Assembly: GCA_963668625.2 (NCBI GenBank)
Contig: CAXXKA010000006.1
Location: forward strand, 192,001-256,000
DNA: 64,000 nucleotides
Source of the DNA: an uncultured candidate division Zixibacteria bacterium
GTDB lineage: Bacteria; Zixibacteria; MSB-5A5; UBA10806; 4484-95
Direction of reading: 5' to 3'
Position numbers and translations under genes: made by a program. This document shows positions 41,771 to 51,075 of the stretch, piece after piece (the first letter of the stretch is position 1; each line of letters opens with the position of its first letter). The notes under the pieces are model-generated. The model was not told the DNA's origin, searched no databases, and saw nothing but the letters and a program-made list of their open reading frames with translations.

Positions 41771-42735
41771 TGGCCTTTACTCTGGACTCACTCAATATCG
41801 ATTGTGAGATAGTAACGAAGCAACTTATCGAATTCCTGCAGCAAGAAGTGTATGTAAAAATGAAACGCGGCGGCGCCGTAATTGGCACCTCAGGTGGTAT
41901 CGACTCAGCCGTGGTGGCGGCGTTATGCTCCAAAGCGTTCGGCTCGGATAAAATGCTGGGCGTTCTTTTGCCCGATAAGGATTCCTCACCCGATTCGGCG
42001 ATGCTGGGCAAGGAACTGGCAAGCACATTCGGTTATGATTATATCACTGAGGATATTTCAGATGGCCTTACCGGCGCCGGTTGTTACACCCGTCGTGATG
42101 AAGCTATAGCACGCGTGTTCCCCGAATACAAACACGGCTGGAAAGCCAAGATCGTGTTGCCGACGGATATCCTCGAGAAAAGCCGTTTTAACGTATTTCG
42201 CCTGACAGTTACGCCTCCCGGAGGCGAGCCCCAGACCAAACGTCTACCGGTAAAAGAATATTTGCAGATCGTAGCCGCCTCGAATATGAAACAGCGTATC
42301 AGGATGCTGACACTGTACTATCATGCCGAGCGATTAAACTATGCCGTGATCGGTACCGGTAACAAGAACGAGCATATGCAGGGCTTTTTCGTCAAATATG
42401 GCGATGGCGGCGCTGATATAAAGCCGATAGCTCATTTGTATAAAACTCAGGTGTTCCAGCTTGCCGAGTATCTCGGCGTGCCCGAGGGTATACGTTCGCG
42501 TACTCCTACCACCGATACCTATCCCGATGAGCAGACCCAGGAGGAGTTCTTCTTCGGTTTGAAATTCAAAACCATGGATTCGATCTGGTATGCCAAGGAA
42601 AACGGTGTTTCGCTGGAGGAGACCGCCAAGGTGACCGGTTACACCATCGAGCAAATACAGCGCGTGTGGGATGATCTCGATCAGAAAGAGAGAACCACCG
42701 ATTACCTGAGAATGGAGCCGACCGAGGTTAAATAG
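41770..42735 (+). CDS. NAD+ synthetase-like (NadE) protein with internal insertion
   Basis: SGGIDS, SNMKQRIRM, GFFVKYGDG and HLYKTQV motifs, plus an extra segment around GCYTRRDEAI. Confidence 0.85.
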   Translation: MAFTLDSLNIDCEIVTKQLIEFLQQEVYVKMKRGGAVIGTSGGIDSAVVAALCSKAFGSDKMLGVLLPDKDSSPDSAMLGKELASTFGYDYITEDISDGLTGAGCYTRRDEAIARVFPEYKHGWKAKIVLPTDILEKSRFNVFRLTVTPPGGEPQTKRLPVKEYLQIVAASNMKQRIRMLTLYYHAERLNYAVIGTGNKNEHMQGFFVKYGDGGADIKPIAHLYKTQVFQLAEYLGVPEGIRSRTPTTDTYPDEQTQEEFFFGLKFKTMDSIWYAKENGVSLEETAKVTGYTIEQIQRVWDDLDQKERTTDYLRMEPTEVK

Positions 42736-42757
42736 ATTACTTGATCAGATTAGTTCA

Positions 42758-42788
42758 AAGCCGCCTTTAACCGGGCGGTTTTTTTGTT
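42758..42788 (+). terminator. Rho-independent terminator
   Basis: AGCCGCC-TTTAACCG-GGCGGTT plus a T-run. Confidence 0.7.
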
Positions 42789-42908
42789 GATATATTATTC
42801 ACTGGAGTTATGTAAGCTGTAATATTGACTTGTAGCAGATATTGGTTAAATTAATAGTGGAATAATGTTGTAAAAGATATTTTAACTTTGCTAAGAAAGG
42901 GTAAGATA

Positions 42909-44021
42909 TTGCGAACAATATATCTAGATGAGAGTGAATTTTCGCCTCCTAATAATTATATTGGTTATGGGGCCTTAGTTGTAGATAATAAGTTGACAGA
43001 TCAACTAATTATTAATGCAATTAATAGCTTAAAACAGGATAAAGATTCTTATAATAATAATCTCGACCAAAGGACTATTTCGAAAAATTATTTTCATGCA
43101 TCAGCAGATAGTAAAAATGGTCACTCACATTTATGTAGGCAAATTAGCAAATATATAGATGGAGAATTTTACTCAAATTATTTTGATCTAAAAATCATGA
43201 AGCAGAAAAAATACGACTCCAATATATTATTAAAACTATCCTCTAAGTTGAGTTCTATGAAAGCTTTAAATACTATAAATGAAGTAGATATTATTTTTGA
43301 AAGGCGGGATGGCTTAAGTAATGAATCTTTAAATAGATGGTTAGAGGAACTTGAGAATGATTTGATACTAACCACCTATGATCAACCTTATATGCCTAAC
43401 TATTTCCCCAAAGTTAATTTGATAATATCAGATAAAAATAATCCAGGTATACAGTGTTGTGATTTTGTTTTATGGGCTGTTAATAGGTTTGTAAATAATG
43501 ATAGTACTTGGATCGATCGTTTGGATTATAGAGTATATTGGTTTTGCGATATGAAGGATGGCGGATACGATTTTAGTATTTCACTTAATAAAGGTATAAA
43601 TGATATCGTATATAATTACTCAAAAAGTGATATTCCTAAAAACCCTGATAACTTAGTTAACCATGAGATGCTAATAAAATTCTATCTTTATGCTAATAAA
43701 ATAATTGAATATTATAGCATAAACAATATTCCAAGCTCAATAAAACATTTCCGCATGAATATTATAAAGCTTTATCAAAATAGGAATAATATTCAATTTC
43801 ACAACTACATAGATAATTTGTCAAGAATTTATTTAAAATTGTTTGATATGGTACCACTAATTGATGGTAATACTACGAAGGAGGATAAGGAATTTCTTTT
43901 ACTTTCCAAAAAGTATCTTGGCCTAACTCTTCGCCATGAACTAATAAACGGTGTGAGGACAAATCATTATTTAACAAAATGCAGATTAAACCAGATACAA
44001 AATAACATTAACCAGGAGTAG
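42909..44021 (+). CDS. DUF3800-like (RNase H-fold) protein, very AT-rich
   Basis: IYLDES, FHAS and GIQCCDFV motifs. Base composition is far more AT-rich than the neighbours. Confidence 0.6.
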   Translation: MRTIYLDESEFSPPNNYIGYGALVVDNKLTDQLIINAINSLKQDKDSYNNNLDQRTISKNYFHASADSKNGHSHLCRQISKYIDGEFYSNYFDLKIMKQKKYDSNILLKLSSKLSSMKALNTINEVDIIFERRDGLSNESLNRWLEELENDLILTTYDQPYMPNYFPKVNLIISDKNNPGIQCCDFVLWAVNRFVNNDSTWIDRLDYRVYWFCDMKDGGYDFSISLNKGINDIVYNYSKSDIPKNPDNLVNHEMLIKFYLYANKIIEYYSINNIPSSIKHFRMNIIKLYQNRNNIQFHNYIDNLSRIYLKLFDMVPLIDGNTTKEDKEFLLLSKKYLGLTLRHELINGVRTNHYLTKCRLNQIQNNINQE

Positions 44022-44221
44022 GTCAAAATCCCCGCGGTTTTGGCGACTTTATCTTAAAAAAGTATACGAGTCCCGTAGGTAAGCTTCACCTCAAAGAGAA
44101 ACGGAGAGGTTAGACTTACACTCTGCCGCAAGATAAAATCAGGTTAATCCCTTCGCTATCGCTCTGGATGAACCTGATCTACGATGAACCAGGAGTAGGT
44201 CAACCCCCCTGCGGTTTTGAC
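44018..44221. repeat. Cluster of four GTAG-headed hairpins (REP/BIME-like)
   Basis: 44018-44044 (+), 44075-44119 (+), 44138-44182 (-) and 44195-44221 (+). Confidence 0.7.
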
Positions 44222-44273
44222 AATCATATCATAAAAACAATAAGATAAAAACAGAGTTATAGCAGATAGTTCT

Positions 44274-44906
44274 TTACTTATTAAACGGGAGAAAATCGTA
44301 AATAACCGGCACGAATGCTTTCTCGAAATGATCCAGCGCTTGCAGGCTTTGAGGATTATCCACGGCAACGAAACGCACGAAAGCGACATCCGTGGGGCGC
44401 AGTGTGAGTGAGCTGAGCATGGTGTAGAGCTTGAATTTGTAATCGTTGGCGGTTTCGCCTCGACGAGTTATATACCAGAAATCCATCACCTGCTTGTTTT
44501 CGCCCAACCTGAGATGAAAGCGGCTGCCGTTAATGATATATCCATTGATATTTATTTGCCTCGGCTCAGAACCCAGTATTGCCCATCCTGAACCCGGCAG
44601 GCAATTGCGGGGTGAATGCACACCGCCGGAGGATGCGCCGCCGCGGGCGAAATAGTCGAAAAATAGCTGAACCCGGTTGCCGGCGCTGTTGGCGTAGGTG
44701 GCATTGAAAAAGTGATCAGGATTGAGCATATCCAGAGTAGCCTGCTCGATAACATCCACCCTGCCATTCCAGCCCTGGTACTGTGTCGGGAATTGGTTCA
44801 AGTCCCTGACCTCATGACCGGCGGGTGCGATAAATTTGACAGCGTATGAGAAACCGAAAACAGCTACCAGTACGATAGCTATTCCGATGAATGTTTTCCG
44901 GGCCAT
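44274..44906 (-). CDS. epsI: EpsI family exosortase-associated protein
   Basis: N-terminal TM, FP...W.G and VHSPRNCLPGSGW motifs. Confidence 0.88.
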   Translation of the reverse strand: MARKTFIGIAIVLVAVFGFSYAVKFIAPAGHEVRDLNQFPTQYQGWNGRVDVIEQATLDMLNPDHFFNATYANSAGNRVQLFFDYFARGGASSGGVHSPRNCLPGSGWAILGSEPRQININGYIINGSRFHLRLGENKQVMDFWYITRRGETANDYKFKLYTMLSSLTLRPTDVAFVRFVAVDNPQSLQALDHFEKAFVPVIYDFLPFNK

Positions 44907-45757
44907 TTTAATATCGCTCCTAATATAAACATCATTATCATTGCCGTGAAAAATACTATCATGCCGGAAAGCTCGTGAAGGAAATCCTCGGCGAGTTTGG
45001 TGCTGATAGCGTACGCTCCAACGGCCGTAAACAGCAAGCGGATTATATTGGTAACAATCGCTATCGGGATGGTGGAAGCAAACAGGATAAGCGGCCGAAC
45101 TTTGCCGGGCAGAGTTAGATGACCGTATAACGCTCCCAGTGCCATCAGTGTTGCCAGGCTTCTAAGGCCGCTGCAAGCCTCGGCTACCTCCAGAGTGTAT
45201 TCGGGAAGGTATAAGATATTACCCTGACGAACGCAGGGCACGCCGATTATCCCCAAAAAATAATGAGTGGCTTTGGTGGCAAAGAGCTGCATAGGTAACG
45301 TGCCGGAATGATAGATTATAGCCGGTATCGGTATCATGAAAATCAAGAAGAAAAACGCGAACCAGACTTTCCTGAAATTAGATGCGCCAAGATAGTATAG
45401 CGATAATCCGGTGATAATCAGGACCAGCGCGAAACGGGTCGTAAAATACTCACTGGCAGCCACACCGAATATGAATCCCAGAGAACCGGCAGCTATCATC
45501 AGTAAACCGAATTTGCATACAGGGGCGGGAAATGTAAGCTCGTTGCGTTTGCGATATAGTAGGAATATCGAGATCGGGACAACGAGGAAACCATGCGAGT
45601 AGTTATCGTTGATATACCAATCATATATCAGGTCTTTGAACACCGGCAGATTTAACATTACTATCAAGCCCAGTAGGATATAGTAATACCGGTGGTTTTT
45701 GATATGCGTGGTTATTTCGACTCCCGATATATTCATAGCATCTCCTAAAGAATACAA
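44879..45757 (-). CDS. Exosortase (EpsH family)
   Basis: YSHG, VAEACSGLRS (Cys), NIIR (Arg) and FLHE (His) motifs. Confidence 0.93.
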   Translation of the reverse strand: MYSLGDAMNISGVEITTHIKNHRYYYILLGLIVMLNLPVFKDLIYDWYINDNYSHGFLVVPISIFLLYRKRNELTFPAPVCKFGLLMIAAGSLGFIFGVAASEYFTTRFALVLIITGLSLYYLGASNFRKVWFAFFFLIFMIPIPAIIYHSGTLPMQLFATKATHYFLGIIGVPCVRQGNILYLPEYTLEVAEACSGLRSLATLMALGALYGHLTLPGKVRPLILFASTIPIAIVTNIIRLLFTAVGAYAISTKLAEDFLHELSGMIVFFTAMIMMFILGAILKWPGKHSSE

Positions 45758-45817
45758 TCGGATTGTATCTCGATATTCTTAATAACACAAGCTTAAATAA
45801 TGGAAAAGTGAGATCGA

Positions 45818-48109
45818 TTAGAATAAATACCTTATCCCGAGGCTGGGAATTATGCCCATATCATATATGAAACCATCGCTGGTGTTCATTATCGGGTTAT
45901 CATGATCAGTCACATTCAGAGCGCAGATATATAGCTCGAAACTCGAGAATTTGATATCCATGAAAAGATTGATATCGAAATTGATAGGAAACCGGTCGGT
46001 GTTTTCCAATGCCAGATATCGAGAGAAATAACCCTGATTATAGGGAGCGGAATCACCGGCTGAGAATATACCGTATGAGGGCGTATAAGCGTATCCCGAT
46101 CTGATATTGAATTCCGAGGAGAATGAGATGAAGCTGTTCAGGCGGTAGTCGAACCGGGCGTAGAACCGATGCGGAGATATCAGGTTAAATTTCTGTGTCG
46201 TGCCGAACGTGTATTTTCTGGCGTGCGTGTAACCGTAGTACAATTCGAGTGATAATTTATTGTCAAGAAAGTCCTCCAGTTCGAAACCTATATCGCCGCC
46301 GTAGAATTTCAGTTTATCGAGAGATTGCATGGTTAAAAACGATTGCTGTCCGATCATATCGAAATCAGGCGCGAGTACCGGCATATCATGAATTCTTTTA
46401 TCGAACAGGTTGATACTTACACTCCCTAGATTCAGATTCAACGATAATAGTCGGATGTTAATCGGTTTTAGACTTTCCCTGAAATCATGAATCAATACCT
46501 GGTATGGCTCGGTAAGCCTGTTAAGCGGGCTCTCGGAGTAAGTACCATATGCCAGCTTTAATCGGTATTCAGGCTTAAAATCGTATTTCATGGTAAACCT
46601 GTATGAGAGCTTGTTACTCTCGGATAAATTACCAAAATATTCCGACCTGATTCCCGATTCGATTTTCAATCGCCCGATTATTTTCTCATATGATACGAAG
46701 GAAGAGTTATTTACCTCGGATTGATAATCTTTATAATCGCCATATAGCCGGTTTAATTCATTCTGATAGATATAAGGATTATCACTGATATAATCGGGGG
46801 GTAAAAAATTCCAGTTTTGCTGTCTCAGATAAACCTCGCGTTTGGATGTCACCTCGAGACGATTTCCTATCACCAGTCTCGAGTCTGGATTTATGAACTC
46901 GATTTGAACTATACCCTGATGTATCTCGTGGTACGAATCGAGATCGACGAAAAACTCGTTTTCTTGTATTTCTCTATTGGGCTTAGCCATATAATTTTCT
47001 TTGCCCGCCCTGATACCATATCCGACTTTTATCAGTTTGTTATCATACAGTGATTGGAATCTCAAGCCCAGGAATGTATCATCGGTTTCCTGAGAGGTTT
47101 GCAGTCCGTTTGGATTGGCATTAGTCCGATCCGTAATGTAGTAAAGATAATCGCGGACATAATATTGGTCGAGGCAGAGCGAGGAATTTTCGGAAAATTT
47201 AATTCCGGTTGAAATGAAAAAATCCTGGAAATTGGTTGGTGGCAACCTCTTGTTCGTAGTCTGATTGTCGATTTTGTTTATTAGCTTATCCAGCATTGAT
47301 TTTCTTAATGAGGATATGATATAGAAATCATCCGTACCGGCCGAATACACGCCTGTAGCCTCGATAAATGATAAATTAAACTCGCCCTCCGAATGTTTTT
47401 CGAATCTTGATCGTGTGCTTAAATCGATAATGCTGGGTAGCGGATATTCACCGGTAGTACCCTGGGGATAGAATTTCAACTGGTCGACTATAGAGGCCGG
47501 GATTATGGTGAACATACCATAATGATTCGGATCGTAACCTATATCGAATCCATTGATATAATACCTGGGGCTGCTGCCGTTGACCCTGATTTTCGAGGAG
47601 TGATTGGAGCCCGATCTGGCCACCTGGGGCTGCTTGATTACCTGGATGGGATCGGTTCCTATAAGCGAATGCTTGGAATTGGAAATGATGACCCTGTTAT
47701 CTACCGCCATATCGGTAAATCGAGGTTGTTTTTGCGGCGTGACGATTATATTCGAGGTTCGAACCGGATTTGTTTTCAAGGATAGTACGATATTCGAGGT
47801 TTCGGCCGAGAGATCAATTGGCCGCGAGATGTTCTCGTATCCGATAGCTAATACCTCAAGGTCAATTTTCGTCGAGTCATCCCCAACGCCCCAAATAGTA
47901 AATAAGCCCGAGGTATCAGTGGAGGCGCCGGATATAACCTGATTGTTGATTTTAAGAAATACCGCCGCGCCGATTACCGGCTGACTATCCTCGTTTAGCA
48001 CTACACCATCTAGAACGAACGGCGCCGGGGCTGCAGCCAGAGCAGTCGAAAAACAGAGTACAGCATATAAGAGAATGAGGAAAAAAGCATCCGTTAATCT
48101 TGGCAGCAT
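45818..48109 (-). CDS. TonB-dependent receptor-like outer-membrane protein
   Basis: Signal peptide, carboxypeptidase-regulatory-like domain, plug-like region and terminal IIPSLGIRYLF. Confidence 0.75.
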   Translation of the reverse strand: MLPRLTDAFFLILLYAVLCFSTALAAAPAPFVLDGVVLNEDSQPVIGAAVFLKINNQVISGASTDTSGLFTIWGVGDDSTKIDLEVLAIGYENISRPIDLSAETSNIVLSLKTNPVRTSNIIVTPQKQPRFTDMAVDNRVIISNSKHSLIGTDPIQVIKQPQVARSGSNHSSKIRVNGSSPRYYINGFDIGYDPNHYGMFTIIPASIVDQLKFYPQGTTGEYPLPSIIDLSTRSRFEKHSEGEFNLSFIEATGVYSAGTDDFYIISSLRKSMLDKLINKIDNQTTNKRLPPTNFQDFFISTGIKFSENSSLCLDQYYVRDYLYYITDRTNANPNGLQTSQETDDTFLGLRFQSLYDNKLIKVGYGIRAGKENYMAKPNREIQENEFFVDLDSYHEIHQGIVQIEFINPDSRLVIGNRLEVTSKREVYLRQQNWNFLPPDYISDNPYIYQNELNRLYGDYKDYQSEVNNSSFVSYEKIIGRLKIESGIRSEYFGNLSESNKLSYRFTMKYDFKPEYRLKLAYGTYSESPLNRLTEPYQVLIHDFRESLKPINIRLLSLNLNLGSVSINLFDKRIHDMPVLAPDFDMIGQQSFLTMQSLDKLKFYGGDIGFELEDFLDNKLSLELYYGYTHARKYTFGTTQKFNLISPHRFYARFDYRLNSFISFSSEFNIRSGYAYTPSYGIFSAGDSAPYNQGYFSRYLALENTDRFPINFDINLFMDIKFSSFELYICALNVTDHDNPIMNTSDGFIYDMGIIPSLGIRYLF

Positions 48110-48127
48110 TTATACTCCTATATTACA

Positions 48128-48147
48128 TTGCACAAAAGGCATGCCAA
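48128..48147 (-). promoter_or_regulatory. Possible sigma54 -24/-12 promoter
   Basis: The minus strand reads TTGGCATGCCTTTTGT (GG-N10-GT, one mismatch at -12). Confidence 0.35.
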
Positions 48148-48348
48148 TTTGGAGCAAAATTCCTGCTATATGTAAAGTATTGTTTAGCTGGATGTTAAGG
48201 ATATAGTACAAGAGCTCATAAACTGGAGCTGGGAGTTATATATGCAAAGGACATTATACTTTGTGAAAATATTTACTTAATGGTGGATATCCATAGCTAT
48301 GCCGCCGGATTTAACCGGCGGCTGTTCTAACCAGCAATCATCGTCTTG

Positions 48349-51042
48349 CTACTGTAGTTTGCGACCCTTAAGCAATTTCACGAGTGATGGTAAAAACACT
48401 ATCGAGGTCATGAAGCAGGCGGCTACGCCGATTACCAAAAGCGAACCCAGGCTGGCGAAACCCCGGTATTTTGCCATCATGAGTGAACCGAATCCGGCTA
48501 TAGTGGTCAGCGAGGTTAGCAGTATCGCCCGGCCGGTGCTGCCCAGCACGGCTTTTAAGTTATTCCAGCCCTCGACTCTGAAGCGATGCATCAGGTGCAC
48601 CCCGTCATCTATACCGATACCGATTATCATAGGAATAGCCATGACATTTACCATCGTAAATTTGAGCCCGAATGAGGTCATCAAGCCAACCATCCAGATA
48701 GCCCCGGTGATAAGAGGAACCAGAGCGATTACAGCCAGCTTGAACTCCCTGAAATCTGCCCATAGCAACAAAAATACGACCACCAATGCCAGCAGGCTGG
48801 CCCATTTGCCGTCCTCGCCAATCAGGTACACGAGGCGAAGCATGAGTGGCGGCGTGCCGGTGATACTCTCGCTCAAACGCTGCATCTGATCGGTAAACCT
48901 GGCCAGGAATTTATAGTCCCATATTTGTTCTTTGGGAAAAATAGTCAGCAGGAATCTATCGCCTTTTTCATTTACATATCTGTTTTTGATATGCTCCGGA
49001 ATCATAGTCAAATCGATTTCCTCGCTGTTGGCCATACCGGTGGCCAGTTCTTTCATCCTGGGTTTGAATTGTTCCTGGTAATCATTCAGTCGTTTTATTA
49101 CTGTCCGGGGAGCAGTCTTTAATTTATCAGCCAATTCTAAAATGATACTCCGGCTTTTCTCGTTTTCTGGATCGCCTATTATCATCTTACATTTCGAGTC
49201 AACCTTATCCTGACCGCCCAGGAAAGCCATCTGACCCATCTCATATATGTTCATATCCAGACGTTCCAACTGCTCGACTATTCGCCCGATATTCCCTTCG
49301 GTAATCGGCTTTGATTTCGTAGAATTGTCTATTTGACTTTGAACCAATTCGATATACTTCGTTCGCACCGATTGTTGTTCGTTCGAGGGTAAATAATTCG
49401 TAATAGTTTCAACCATGCTCACGGAGGGCAGCTTCCTAGCATCCTCCGCGATTCGCCTCAGGCTGTCAAGCGAGGTCGAGGTCACCATAACGAAATCGGG
49501 ACTCAAATCGAATGCGTCAAGCATCGAATCCTGCAATGCCACCGAGGGTATGCCTTTGGGTTCCATGTTGAGATAATTATAATCGTATTTAGCCTCCAGC
49601 GCGAATATCAGCAGGATGATAGAAACGACGATCGAGCCGACCAATGTCATAACAGGTTTTTCCCCGATGAATTTACCGATAGAACCGAGGAATGAGAATT
49701 CGACCGGCCTGATCTTTTTAGAATCGAAAACTCTTCCCGAAATCCTCTCTCTTATTGCCAGCAAGGAGGGCAGCAAAAATACGGTCATCAACATGACCGA
49801 TATGATGCCCACACCCAATACCAGCCCCATCTCGAATATGCCTTTTGTATGGGAAATCATCAGGCTGAAAAATGCCACTGAAGTTGTCATCGCCCCGGTG
49901 ACAATGCCGGCGCCCGATTGAGCCAGAGCAGCCGACAGTGTGGAAGCTATATTCTCGTCGGCAGCATGCTTTTCGTAAAATAGTGATATAATATGAATCG
50001 AGAAATCGATACCCAGTCCAATCAGGATTACGGCGAACATGGCGGTCATCATGTTCAAACTGTCTACGAACAGCGAGATCATACCGGCGGCGAACATGAC
50101 GCTTAACATGAGATTCAAGCCGGCCAAAATAGGCGCGGAAATAAACCTGAACGCAACGATGAACAATATTAGCACGAGAATGAGAGCAACTATCGAGGTT
50201 TTGCTCATGTCCTCCTTGGAATATACCATCTCATCCCTGGCTAATGGAATAGTACCTGTCAAGCCAGCGTACAGGGAGGGATAATTTTCGAGCGTATTGT
50301 CGATCAACGCTTGTATCGTATCGGTAGAGGCGACACATTTATCGACATCAATTATATCGAAATTCGGATCGATGATTATCAACAGCATGCGCTTGTCATA
50401 TGATATGAGATAAGGATCGCCGATTAACAGCATGTTGGCTGTCTCGGCAGGGGAGGTCATGGTGTTTTGATCGTTCTCTATATAGCTATCGAGCGAGTTA
50501 ATAAAATATTGTAAACCATCAAGACCCGCAACCGCGCCGTCCTCTTTTTCCTTATCCGATAAACTCTCTTCATCTCCGATATAAACATCTTCGAAATTGT
50601 CATTGGTATGTTCGAGATAGCCCGCCAGGTTGAAATCGGAGAATAGATTGTTTTCTTGCATGTTGCGAAGGTCTTTTGTTTTGAGCAGCATTAAGCCATG
50701 CTTTTTATAAAAATCCTCCTCGAGCTTATAATTGATATGCTTGACATATGGTTCGAGCGCATTTATATGGGGTACGATCTCCTCGGCGAACGCTTTGGTT
50801 TTATCCTGGTCACCCACTACTACGACTATACTGTTGGCCGTACCGACATATTCCTCGCGGATTTTGTCGAACTCCTGAACCATTGGATCGCTTTTGGGCA
50901 TCAAATCCGACCATTGCATTTTGATCGAAAGACGTGAGGCCATCACAACCGAAAGCACGGCTATTACGATCGAAATGATGAAAATTTTCCAGGAATGACC
51001 GGCTGATAATTCTCCCCATCTGGATAGTATTTTTTCGCGCAT
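48349..51042 (-). CDS. MMPL/RND family transporter
   Basis: Duplicated TM bundles with GLGIDFSIH and GIGIDDGVH, plus SLTTIAGF. Confidence 0.92.
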   Translation of the reverse strand: MREKILSRWGELSAGHSWKIFIISIVIAVLSVVMASRLSIKMQWSDLMPKSDPMVQEFDKIREEYVGTANSIVVVVGDQDKTKAFAEEIVPHINALEPYVKHINYKLEEDFYKKHGLMLLKTKDLRNMQENNLFSDFNLAGYLEHTNDNFEDVYIGDEESLSDKEKEDGAVAGLDGLQYFINSLDSYIENDQNTMTSPAETANMLLIGDPYLISYDKRMLLIIIDPNFDIIDVDKCVASTDTIQALIDNTLENYPSLYAGLTGTIPLARDEMVYSKEDMSKTSIVALILVLILFIVAFRFISAPILAGLNLMLSVMFAAGMISLFVDSLNMMTAMFAVILIGLGIDFSIHIISLFYEKHAADENIASTLSAALAQSGAGIVTGAMTTSVAFFSLMISHTKGIFEMGLVLGVGIISVMLMTVFLLPSLLAIRERISGRVFDSKKIRPVEFSFLGSIGKFIGEKPVMTLVGSIVVSIILLIFALEAKYDYNYLNMEPKGIPSVALQDSMLDAFDLSPDFVMVTSTSLDSLRRIAEDARKLPSVSMVETITNYLPSNEQQSVRTKYIELVQSQIDNSTKSKPITEGNIGRIVEQLERLDMNIYEMGQMAFLGGQDKVDSKCKMIIGDPENEKSRSIILELADKLKTAPRTVIKRLNDYQEQFKPRMKELATGMANSEEIDLTMIPEHIKNRYVNEKGDRFLLTIFPKEQIWDYKFLARFTDQMQRLSESITGTPPLMLRLVYLIGEDGKWASLLALVVVFLLLWADFREFKLAVIALVPLITGAIWMVGLMTSFGLKFTMVNVMAIPMIIGIGIDDGVHLMHRFRVEGWNNLKAVLGSTGRAILLTSLTTIAGFGSLMMAKYRGFASLGSLLVIGVAACFMTSIVFLPSLVKLLKGRKLQ

Positions 51043-51075
51043 TATATATCTCCTGTTTATCTAAAATCCGTTACG

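Noticed and set aside
44018-44221. CRISPR array
   Set aside because: The repeats are heterogeneous, irregularly spaced and in mixed orientation, and there are no cas genes. No CRISPR array was seen anywhere in the window.
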